Source of the DNA: an uncultured Bacilli bacterium
GTDB taxonomy: Bacteria > Bacillota_I > Bacilli_A > RF39 > UBA660
Assembly (NCBI GenBank): GCA_947629815.1
Contig: CANRFG010000004.1
Span: 266 to 64,265 of the forward strand
Length of the DNA: 64,000 nt
Reading direction: 5' to 3'
Below the pieces are notes generated by a model. It was given only the letters and a program-made list of their open reading frames with translations, had not been told where the DNA came from and made no database searches. This document shows, piece after piece, positions 5,939 through 14,934 of the stretch. Positions within the stretch are counted from its first letter, which is position 1. Each line of letters opens with the position of its first letter. A program made the position numbers and the translations under genes.

Positions 5939-8851
5939 ATGTATACACCATTATATATTAAAACTGATAATTCATTGTTATCAAGTTTGATAAACATTGA
6001 TTCATTAATAGATTATGCAGTTAAAAATAATATTAAATCACTTTCAATTACAGATAATAATATGTATGGTGTAATTGAATTTTATAATAAGTGTATATCA
6101 AATAATATTAAACCTATAGTAGGATTAGAACTAATAATAGAAGATAATCCTATAGTTTTATATTGTATCAATAATATTGGTTATAAAAATTTAATTAAAC
6201 TATCAACATTAACAACAGAAGACAAAATAAATTTTGATATATTAAAAGAATATAACAAATCGATTATATGTATAGTGCCTTTTAAAAGTTTATCTTTATA
6301 CGATAAGTTAGAAAAAATTTACGAAATAATTTACAAAGGATATAAAAATAAATATGAATTTGAAAATATAGATAAAAATAAAATATACTTAAATCAAATA
6401 TGTTACTTAAATGAACAAGATAATATTTATTTAAAATACTTAACAGCTATTAAAGATTCCATATTAATTGAAAATGTAGAAAATGTACTTATGAATAATA
6501 GCTTTATAAAAGAAGAAGAATTAATAAAATTAGGATATGATTTAAAAAACAATTATGAACTTACAAAAATTTGTAATATAAAAATAGAACATGAAGATAA
6601 TTTGATACCAAAATTTGTTTGTCCTGATAATTTAGATAGTTATTCTTACTTAAAAAAATTATGTATAGAAGGATTAAAAAAAATATTTGGAACAACAGTA
6701 TCAAGAATATATATGGATAGATTAAAAAAAGAATTAGAAATAATCAATAAAATGGGATTTTGTAATTATTTTCTAATAGTTTGGGATTATGTAAAATATG
6801 CAAAAGAACATAATATTTTAGTAGGTCCAGGAAGAGGTAGTGCAGCAGGCTCATTAGTATCATATGTACTTAATATAACTACTGTTGACCCAATAAAATA
6901 TAATTTATTATTTGAAAGATTTTTAAACCCTGAAAGAATTACTATGCCAGATATAGATATAGATTTTGAATATAGATATCGTGATGATATGGTAAATTAT
7001 GTAATAAATAAATATGGTATTAAAAATGTCGCACCAATTATTACATTTGGAACATTAGGTGCGAAACAAGCAATAAGAGATGTCGCACGAACTATGTCTA
7101 TAGAAGCAAACATGGTAGATAAATTATGTAGAATGATAAGTTCAAACTTAAACTTAGTAGAAAATTATAATACAAATCCTAAAATAAAAAAATACATAAG
7201 TTTAAATGATGAATTAAAAACATTATATAAAGTAGCTAGTAAGATAGAAGGACTTAAAAGACATACAAGCATACATGCAGCAGGTGTTGTAATGTGTGAT
7301 AAACCACTTGATGAAATAATTCCACTTGATAAATCACATAAACTTTTCTATGTTACAGGGTATTCAATGGAATATTTAGAAAGTTTAGGACTTCTTAAAA
7401 TGGATTTTCTCGCACTTAAAAATCTTACATTAATAAAAGATGTAATAGATGAAGCAAATATAGACTTTGATAGTATACCAATAAATGACGCTAAAGCTAT
7501 TAAAATATTCACTGATGTTAATACAATAGGTATATTTCAATTTGAATCAGAAGGTATGATGAATTTTTTAAAAAAATTTAAACCAGATAGTGTTGAAGAT
7601 ATAATTGCTTCAATCGCACTTTATAGACCTGGGCCAATGCAAAATATAGATTTATATATAAGAAGAAAAAGAAAGTTAGAAAAAATAGATTATTTGCATA
7701 ATGATTTATATGATATTTTAAAAGATACTTATGGAATTATAATATATCAAGAGCAAATAATGCTTATTGCTGTTAAAATGGCATCATATACATTAGGAGA
7801 ATCTGATGTACTTAGAAGAGCAATGAGTAAGAAAAAAGAAGATATTTTAATAAAAGAAAAAGATAAATTTGTTTCTAGATGTATTAAAAATGGATATGAT
7901 GAGGCAACAGCTATTAAAGTATATGATTTAATTTTGAAATTTGCTTCATATGGATTTAATAGGGCACATTCAGTATCTTATGCAATAATATCAATAAAAA
8001 TGGCTTATTTAAAATCCCATTATAGTTTATTATTTATGAAAAATTTACTTAATATGGTAATAGGTAACTCAATAAAAACAAATGAATATATTTATGAATG
8101 TAAAAAATTAGATGTAAAACTACATAAACCAGATATTAATATAAGTACAAATAAATATATTGAAAAAGATGGATTTTTGTATTTCCCACTTAATTCAATA
8201 AAAAATGTTGGTATAAGCACAGTTGAATCAATAATAAGTGAAAGAGAAAAAGGACAATTTGTAGATATATTTGATTTTGTAAATAGATGTTATGGAAAAA
8301 ATACGAATAGATCAACTATAGAAGCACTAATATATTCAGGCTGTTTTGATAATTTAGGATATAACAAAAAAACATTAATTAATAATTTAGATATAATAGT
8401 AAATTATGCTGAAATAGGAAGTTTACTTCAAGATGAGTTAAAACCTATAATAGAGCAAATAGAAGATTTTAAGCAAGATGAACAAATGAATTTAGAATTA
8501 GGAACATTTGGATTTTATATTAGTAGTCATCCAATAACTAAATATAAAGTAAAATATAATACACCTGCTATTAATGAAATAGAAAAATATTTAAATAAAA
8601 AAGTGGAACTAGTTTTATTAGTAAAAAGAGTATCTGAAACTACCACAAAAAAAGGAGATAAAATGGGCTTTATAACAGGTTTAGATGAAACAGAAAGTAT
8701 AGATTTAACTTTATTTCCAAGAATATATGAAAAAAATAATAATATACATAAATCAGATATTATTCATGTATGGGGAAATCTTGAAAAAAGGTATGATAAA
8801 CTTCAAATTATTGTAGATAATATAGAAATATTAAAAGAGGATTCAAATTGA
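5939..8851 (+). CDS. dnaE: DNA polymerase III alpha subunit, DnaE type
   Basis: N-terminal PHP domain. Polymerase core motifs (GPGRGSAAGS, PDIDIDF). Clearly distinct from the PolC further downstream. Confidence 0.85.
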   Translation: MYTPLYIKTDNSLLSSLINIDSLIDYAVKNNIKSLSITDNNMYGVIEFYNKCISNNIKPIVGLELIIEDNPIVLYCINNIGYKNLIKLSTLTTEDKINFDILKEYNKSIICIVPFKSLSLYDKLEKIYEIIYKGYKNKYEFENIDKNKIYLNQICYLNEQDNIYLKYLTAIKDSILIENVENVLMNNSFIKEEELIKLGYDLKNNYELTKICNIKIEHEDNLIPKFVCPDNLDSYSYLKKLCIEGLKKIFGTTVSRIYMDRLKKELEIINKMGFCNYFLIVWDYVKYAKEHNILVGPGRGSAAGSLVSYVLNITTVDPIKYNLLFERFLNPERITMPDIDIDFEYRYRDDMVNYVINKYGIKNVAPIITFGTLGAKQAIRDVARTMSIEANMVDKLCRMISSNLNLVENYNTNPKIKKYISLNDELKTLYKVASKIEGLKRHTSIHAAGVVMCDKPLDEIIPLDKSHKLFYVTGYSMEYLESLGLLKMDFLALKNLTLIKDVIDEANIDFDSIPINDAKAIKIFTDVNTIGIFQFESEGMMNFLKKFKPDSVEDIIASIALYRPGPMQNIDLYIRRKRKLEKIDYLHNDLYDILKDTYGIIIYQEQIMLIAVKMASYTLGESDVLRRAMSKKKEDILIKEKDKFVSRCIKNGYDEATAIKVYDLILKFASYGFNRAHSVSYAIISIKMAYLKSHYSLLFMKNLLNMVIGNSIKTNEYIYECKKLDVKLHKPDINISTNKYIEKDGFLYFPLNSIKNVGISTVESIISEREKGQFVDIFDFVNRCYGKNTNRSTIEALIYSGCFDNLGYNKKTLINNLDIIVNYAEIGSLLQDELKPIIEQIEDFKQDEQMNLELGTFGFYISSHPITKYKVKYNTPAINEIEKYLNKKVELVLLVKRVSETTTKKGDKMGFITGLDETESIDLTLFPRIYEKNNNIHKSDIIHVWGNLEKRYDKLQIIVDNIEILKEDSN

Positions 8852-9061
8852 ACCCTCTTTCATATTATTGCTTATAATATTTAAAATATTTTGTTTTTCA
8901 ACCTCATCACTATTTTTCCATAGTATTTCAAAAAATACTCCTAATCCTGGTAAAGTTATTTCATCATTTTCTTTTATAGAAGATGAAATTGAATCATTTA
9001 TTTCATCTTTTGAACTATCTTTAAAATTATTTATAATACTTTTTCTTATATCTATATTCAT
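8843..9061 (-). CDS. Small hypothetical protein with HU/IHF-like N-terminal helix and LPGLGVF turn but no beta-arm
   Basis: GAAAGGAAA RBS. Motif ITLPGLGVFFEI resembles the HU I-L-GFG-FEV segment. The DNA-binding arm (RKGRNP) is absent. Confidence 0.35.
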   Translation of the reverse strand: MNIDIRKSIINNFKDSSKDEINDSISSSIKENDEITLPGLGVFFEILWKNSDEVEKQNILNIISNNMKEGSI

Positions 9062-9112
9062 ATATATTTTCCTTTCTAATTATATAGTGATTAAAAACAA
9101 ATTATTTATTCA

Positions 9113-9388
9113 TTACATTATTTGAAAATTTGAAGAATTATATTTGTTTCCAACTAGTGCTTCTAAATTACTTACTCTTTTTTCAAGAGAAGAAACTTGA
9201 TTATTTAAATTTGATAATTGTTGTTCGATTGTATTAGAAGTCGTTTGATAATTAAAACTTTGACTTGGCATAGGCATTGGACCATTCATAGGAATAACAC
9301 TTCCTGGCATTACTGCTCCTGGCATCATTCCTTGATACTGAGGATAAATAGGATATGGAACATTTCCACAATTTCTGTCTTTTTTCAT
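9113..9388 (-). CDS. Small Pro/Met-rich protein with C-terminal coiled coil (hypothetical, possibly spore-associated)
   Basis: Strong AAAGGAGAG RBS. Low-complexity PYPIYPQYQGMMPG N-terminus followed by a heptad-like segment. Confidence 0.45.
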   Translation of the reverse strand: MKKDRNCGNVPYPIYPQYQGMMPGAVMPGSVIPMNGPMPMPSQSFNYQTTSNTIEQQLSNLNNQVSSLEKRVSNLEALVGNKYNSSNFQIM

Positions 9389-9492
9389 TTTACACTCTCC
9401 TTTAGTTCTAATTAATTATATGCTTAATAAAAAAATAGGTTCATATCTTTACTTTTTAACTTAAAAATGTAAAAATAAATAAGGAGGTTTTT

Positions 9493-10122
9493 ATGAGACT
9501 TAAAAAAGTAAAAGGCGCAGAAGAAAAAATAGATAAATCACTATATATAATTAAAAATCCAAGTTATTATAAAGGCAACTTTAAAAGTTTATTTGGAAAT
9601 GATAATCCTATTGAAATTGAAATAGGAATGGGTAAGGGTAATTTTATTATAAATAAAGCATTAAAAAATACTAATATAAATTATATTGGAATCGAAAAAT
9701 TTGATAGCGTTATGGTAAGAGCTGTTGAAAAATTAGAAAATTTAGAAATCAAAAATTTAAAGTTAATCAAAATAGATGCAATAGAAATAGATAATGTATT
9801 TGAAAAAGAAATAGATGTCATATATCTTAATTTTTCAGACCCTTGGCCTAAAACTAGGCATGAAAAAAGAAGATTATCTAGCTTAGATTTTTTAGTAAAA
9901 TACGATAATATATTTAAAAAAAGTAAAAGAATTATTATGAAAACAGACAATAGAAAATTATTTGAATATTCTATAAAATCATTTACAGATTATAATTATA
10001 AAATAGATAAAATTTCACTTGATTTATATAATGATGATATAAAAGAAAACATACCAACAGAATATGAAACTAAATTTGTATCAAAAGGTGAAAAAATATA
10101 TATGGTAGAAGTATATAAATAG
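9493..10122 (+). CDS. trmB: tRNA (guanine-N7)-methyltransferase
   Basis: IEIGMGKGNF SAM motif and FSDPWPKTRHEKRRL. AAGGAGG RBS. Confidence 0.85.
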   Translation: MRLKKVKGAEEKIDKSLYIIKNPSYYKGNFKSLFGNDNPIEIEIGMGKGNFIINKALKNTNINYIGIEKFDSVMVRAVEKLENLEIKNLKLIKIDAIEIDNVFEKEIDVIYLNFSDPWPKTRHEKRRLSSLDFLVKYDNIFKKSKRIIMKTDNRKLFEYSIKSFTDYNYKIDKISLDLYNDDIKENIPTEYETKFVSKGEKIYMVEVYK

Positions 10123-10251
10123 TTTATTTAAAAAAAATTAATATTTGTTAGTAAATATTGATTTTTTTAGTAATTAAAAAACTTTTGTGATAATTTTGTG
10201 TAATTGATGGAAAAAAAATATATTTAATGTTATAATTGTTATGGTGATGAT

Positions 10252-11350
10252 ATGGAACTCTATGAACTATCAAATATTTATAGCAATCTACTAAATAGAA
10301 TTAATGAATTATGGAGGTTACTTTGACCCAAATTCAAAAGAACAACAAATAAAGGAATTAGAATCAAAAACATTATTGCCAAACTTTTGGGATTCAAAAA
10401 AAGATAGTGAGAAAGTAATTTCACAATTAAATGAATTAAAAAATAAACTTGAAAAGACATCAAAACTAAAAGAAAAAATCGAATCTAATGTAGAAATATT
10501 AGAGTCAATAAAAAATGAAATGGACTTAGAAATAAAAGAATTATTAGAAAGTGAAATAGATTCTTTAACACAACAATTAGAAACATTAGAAATAGAAACA
10601 CTCCTTTCTAAGCCATATGATTCATGTAATGCTATACTTGAAATACACTCTGGAGCAGGTGGAACAGAAGCTTGTGATTGGGCAGAAATGCTTTATAGAA
10701 TGTATCAAAGATGGTGTGAAAAAAAAGGCTACAAAATAGAAGTAACAGATATTCAAAATGGTGATGAGGCTGGAATAAAAAGTTTAACAGCAATAGTAAA
10801 AGGAATAAATGCATATGGGTATTTAAAAAACGAAAAGGGAATACATAGATTAGTAAGAATTTCACCATTTGATTCAAATTCAAGACGACATACTTCTTTT
10901 GCAGGTGTAGATGTAACTCCACTTTTTGAAAACGAAAAAATTGATATAGAAATAAAACAATCAGATATAAGAATAGATGTATATAGAAGTAGTGGTTGTG
11001 GAGGACAAGGAGTTAATACAACAGATTCAGCTGTACGAATAACTCATATACCTACAAAAATAGTAGTCACTTGTCAAAACGAAAGAAGTCAAATTCAAAA
11101 TAAAGAAAAAGCAATGGAAGTCTTATTGAGTAAATTATATAAACTAGAGATAGAAAAAAGAAATGATGAATTAAAAAATATAAAAGGTAACTTAGATGAT
11201 ATAAATTTTGGGTCACAAATACGAAGTTATATAATGTGCCCATATACATTAGTTAAAGACCATAGAACAAATACAGAAGTAACTAATGTAGAAGATGTTT
11301 TAGATGGAAATATAGATGTATTTATAAATAGTGCTTTAAAGGAAGGTTAG
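10252..11350 (+). CDS. prfB: Peptide chain release factor 2 with programmed +1 frameshift at CTT TGA C (10321-10327)
   Basis: Frame-0 ORF from ATG 10252 encodes MELYELSNIYSNLLNRINELWRLL then in-frame TGA. Internal SD-like GGAGG sits upstream of CTTTGAC. The +1 frame continues DPNSKEQQ... with SPF and GGQ motifs. Confidence 0.85.
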
Positions 11351-11351
11351 T

Positions 11352-12230
11352 ATGTTTTTTAAAAAGAAAAATGGTCAAAAATTAATTTTACAAGAAATTT
11401 ATTCAAAAACGAGGTTAATTAGATATGCACAATTTTTAGCAGGTCTTTTACTTGTTTCAGTAGCATTTAACATATTTGTTTTACCATATGGCGTTGTATA
11501 TGGAGTAAGTGGACTTGGTGTAATATTAAACAAAACATTAGGTATAAATCCATCTTTAGTTATTTTAATTGGTTCAGTAATATTATTAGTTTTAAGCTTT
11601 TTAGTTTTAGGAAAGGACCAAACAAGGAACTCAATAGTAGGTTCACTTTTATATCCAATATTTGTTGAATCTACAAGTTGGATTATACAATATGTGGATT
11701 TAGGTTCAACAGAAATAATAGTAATAATAGTTTTTGGCGCAATTATAAGTGGACTTGGTCATGGATTAATATTTAAATCTGGTTTTACAACAGGTGGAAC
11801 GGATATTTTAAATCAAATAGTATCTACTAAGTCAAAAACATCAATAGGAAAGGCGATGGTATTTACAGATGGAGTAATAATACTTAGTTCACTATTTATA
11901 CTTGGTTGGCAAAACTTTATTTATTCAATTATAAATATGTATATAATAGGTGTTATTACAGATAAAGTAATACTTGGAATTTCAAATTCAAAAACATTCT
12001 ACATAATAACAGAACATGAAGATAAAGTAAAAGAATTTATTTTGCAATATTTAAGCCATGGTGTAACCATTTTAGAAGCAAGAGGAGGTTACACAAATTC
12101 AAAACAAAAAGTTATAATGTGTACAATACCAACGAAAGAATATTTTAAAGCAAAAGAAGGAATTCATGCAATCGATAAAGAAGCATTTTTCCTAGTTACT
12201 GATGCTTATGAGGTATATGGAGGAGAATAA
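11352..12230 (+). CDS. YitT-family membrane protein (DUF161 plus C-terminal DUF2179)
   Basis: Multi-TM N-terminus. C-terminal ILEARGGYTN...FLVTDAYEVYG is typical of DUF2179. Confidence 0.65.
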   Translation: MFFKKKNGQKLILQEIYSKTRLIRYAQFLAGLLLVSVAFNIFVLPYGVVYGVSGLGVILNKTLGINPSLVILIGSVILLVLSFLVLGKDQTRNSIVGSLLYPIFVESTSWIIQYVDLGSTEIIVIIVFGAIISGLGHGLIFKSGFTTGGTDILNQIVSTKSKTSIGKAMVFTDGVIILSSLFILGWQNFIYSIINMYIIGVITDKVILGISNSKTFYIITEHEDKVKEFILQYLSHGVTILEARGGYTNSKQKVIMCTIPTKEYFKAKEGIHAIDKEAFFLVTDAYEVYGGE

Positions 12231-12231
12231 A

Positions 12232-12927
12232 ATGGATTTAATTAGATTTCAGAAAGTAACAAAAAAATATAAAAATGGCGTAGTTGCTGTTAATGATATA
12301 GACCTTGCAATCGAAAAGGGAGATTTCGTATTTGTAATAGGTCAAACAGGTTGTGGTAAATCAACTCTTATAAAAATGTTATACAGAGAAGAAAGACCAA
12401 CAAGTGGAAAAATAATTGTTGGAGGAATCGATGTAGCAAAATTAAAAAATTGGAAAGTATTTAAAATAAGAAGAAAGATAGGTGTAGTATTCCAAGACTT
12501 CAAGTTATTACCTAAGCTTAATGTTTACGAAAATGTAGCTTTCGCACTTGAAATATTTGGACTACCAAAATCAGAAATATATTCAAGAGTTATGAAAGTA
12601 TTAGACCTCGTTGGGTTAAAATCTAAAGCAAAACAATATCCAACACAATTATCAGGTGGAGAACAACAAAGAGTCGCAATTGCTCGTGCTATTGTAAATG
12701 AACCAAAACTATTAATATGCGATGAACCAACAGGTAATCTAGATGAAGATACTAGTATGGAAATAATGTCAGTACTAGAAGAAATTAATAAATTAGGAAC
12801 AACAATAATAATGGTTACACATGATACAGAAATTGTATCAAAGATGAAAAAAAGAGTAATTTTACTTGATGCAGGTAGAATACTAAAAGATTATGAGAAA
12901 GGAACTTATGTACATGAAAGCAATTAG
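12232..12927 (+). CDS. ftsE: Cell division ATP-binding protein FtsE
   Basis: Walker A GQTGCGKST, ABC signature LSGGEQQR, Walker B LLICDEPT. GGAGGA RBS at ATG 12232. Confidence 0.85.
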   Translation: MDLIRFQKVTKKYKNGVVAVNDIDLAIEKGDFVFVIGQTGCGKSTLIKMLYREERPTSGKIIVGGIDVAKLKNWKVFKIRRKIGVVFQDFKLLPKLNVYENVAFALEIFGLPKSEIYSRVMKVLDLVGLKSKAKQYPTQLSGGEQQRVAIARAIVNEPKLLICDEPTGNLDEDTSMEIMSVLEEINKLGTTIIMVTHDTEIVSKMKKRVILLDAGRILKDYEKGTYVHESN

Positions 12928-13843
12928 AATTTTTGGAAGAAATATAAGAGATGCCTTTAAAAGTGTTTTTAGAAATTTTTCACTTTCATTTGCATCAATA
13001 TCATGTATAACTATAACATTATTAGTTGTTTCAATTGCTGTTATACTTTCTTATAATGTAAATAATTTCACTAGACTTGTTGAACAAGATGTAACCATAG
13101 TAGCGTTTTTAGATACAAAAACAGATGAGGATACAGCTAAACAATATTTAGAAAAAATAAAATCTATTGATGGTGTTGAGTCAGTTGAACATCAAACTAA
13201 AATACAAATTGCTGAAGAAATGATGGAATCTTCTGAAACATATAATAATATTATGAGTCAATGGAAAGTTGATGGTAAATGGGTAGAAGATGAGATACCT
13301 TTAAGACCAACTTTATTAGTAAGAGCAACATCACTTTCTAAAATAGATAATGTGGCAGATGAAATAGAAAAATTAGACCCTGAAAAAGAAACAATAAAAC
13401 TTGTACAATATGGGGAAGATATGGTAAAACAATTAATTTCATTATTTGATGTTATAAGAAAAATAAGCATAGGTGTAGTAGTTGCTTTAATACTTGTAAC
13501 AGCATTCTTAATTGCAAATACTATAAAAATAACAATTTTCTCAAGAAAAAGAGAAATAGAAATAATGAGATTAGTTGGAGCATCAAATATGAATATAAAA
13601 ATACCATTTGTATTTGAAGGTTTATTTTTAGGAATATTAGGTTCTATAATACCAATATTAGTAACAACATATGGATATGTTGCAATATTTGAAAACTTCA
13701 ATGGCCAAATATTCTCACCATTTATTAGATTAATAGCGCCAGAACCATTTATATATTTGGTTTCAGGTATATTACTATTAATAGGAATGTTAGTAGGTAT
13801 GTTTGGTAGTTTAGTAGCAGTAAAAAAACATTTAAAAATATAA
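12893..13843 (+). CDS. ftsX: Cell division permease-like protein FtsX
   Basis: Follows ftsE with overlap. N-terminal TM, extracellular domain, then 3 C-terminal TMs. Start ambiguous among 12893, 12908 and 12914. Confidence 0.8.
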   Translation: MRKELMYMKAIRIFGRNIRDAFKSVFRNFSLSFASISCITITLLVVSIAVILSYNVNNFTRLVEQDVTIVAFLDTKTDEDTAKQYLEKIKSIDGVESVEHQTKIQIAEEMMESSETYNNIMSQWKVDGKWVEDEIPLRPTLLVRATSLSKIDNVADEIEKLDPEKETIKLVQYGEDMVKQLISLFDVIRKISIGVVVALILVTAFLIANTIKITIFSRKREIEIMRLVGASNMNIKIPFVFEGLFLGILGSIIPILVTTYGYVAIFENFNGQIFSPFIRLIAPEPFIYLVSGILLLIGMLVGMFGSLVAVKKHLKI

Positions 13844-13845
13844 TA

Positions 13846-13873
13846 AAAATGGTTCAAATTGAACCATTTTTTA
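13846..13873. terminator. Bidirectional intrinsic terminator between ftsX and the convergent gene
   Basis: aaaatggttcaa-at-ttgaaccatttt perfect hairpin with an A-run on one side and a T-run on the other. Confidence 0.6.
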
Positions 13874-13877
13874 ATAA

Positions 13878-14408
13878 TTAAATAATATCTTTGTTTTTTT
13901 GTTTTGGTGTCATAAAGTATCCAACTATTGAAATAACAGAATAAATTATCATTATTAATCCAATTGAAGAAAATACTAAATTTGATTTAAGTATAACATA
14001 TAAACCAATAATAAGAAGTAGAATAGAAACTATCAATACTTTAATCCAATCATTAGATTTATCTTTCATATTGATTGCAATAACTAATTTATTAATACCT
14101 CCTATTAATATCCAGCCACCTATAAAAAATCTAAATACTATTTCAATTATAGGACCACAGAACATTAATACAATACCAATAACAATACATAATATTCCAA
14201 TTGTTAATTTAGCATTATAATTAGGAGTATTTTTACTTTTTGTTGCATTAAAAATTCTAAAAGCTCCAATAATTATTACAACAATTCCTATTAAGTATGC
14301 TATAAGAGATACTATTCCATTTGGATTAGCGAACAATATAATACCAATCAATAAAAATAAAACTGAATTAACAATACTAGATGGGTCTTTACTTAAAACT
14401 TTATTCAT
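13878..14408 (-). CDS. DUF308/HdeD-like small membrane protein
   Basis: Repeated short TM segments with Gly-rich periodicity. GAGGTGA RBS. Confidence 0.45.
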   Translation of the reverse strand: MNKVLSKDPSSIVNSVLFLLIGIILFANPNGIVSLIAYLIGIVVIIIGAFRIFNATKSKNTPNYNAKLTIGILCIVIGIVLMFCGPIIEIVFRFFIGGWILIGGINKLVIAINMKDKSNDWIKVLIVSILLLIIGLYVILKSNLVFSSIGLIMIIYSVISIVGYFMTPKQKNKDII

Positions 14409-14455
14409 ATATTCACCTCATACTTAATTTTACACCTTATTTAAGCAAAATACAA

Positions 14456-14884
14456 CTAATTTTCTATTTCACAAGAATAACCTTTTTCGATTAAATCTTT
14501 CTTTAAATAATTTAAAGACATATTTTTATTAATATTTATTTTTTCTAAAGAATCATCAGAAGAATTTATATTAATATCTATATTAGTAATAATACTATTA
14601 CTTGTTTTATTTATATTTGTACTAGAACCTTTTATATTTTCATTAACAACTATTAAATATTCATTGTAGTATTCAAATAAATTCTCTATATATTTAATCA
14701 TATCATTATCAAAATAAATAATTTTATTATTAGTATAATGTAAAAATTTATCATTTTTAAAATTATATGTTTCTGTTATAGTTTCTTTACCATAAATTGT
14801 TGAATAATTAACTTTAGAACATGTTAAAGTAGAACTAGAACAACCTGTTAAAAAAATTAAAATTATAAGTAATATTTTTTTCAA
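14456..14884 (-). CDS. Lipoprotein (hypothetical)
   Basis: Signal peptide with lipobox LTGC (MKKILLIILIFLTGCSSS). TTG start with weak RBS. Confidence 0.5.
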   Translation of the reverse strand: MKKILLIILIFLTGCSSSTLTCSKVNYSTIYGKETITETYNFKNDKFLHYTNNKIIYFDNDMIKYIENLFEYYNEYLIVVNENIKGSSTNINKTSNSIITNIDININSSDDSLEKININKNMSLNYLKKDLIEKGYSCEIEN

Positions 14885-14934
14885 ATTACATCACTACTTT
14901 AATTTATGTGATATAATTAAAATGGGTGAATGAC

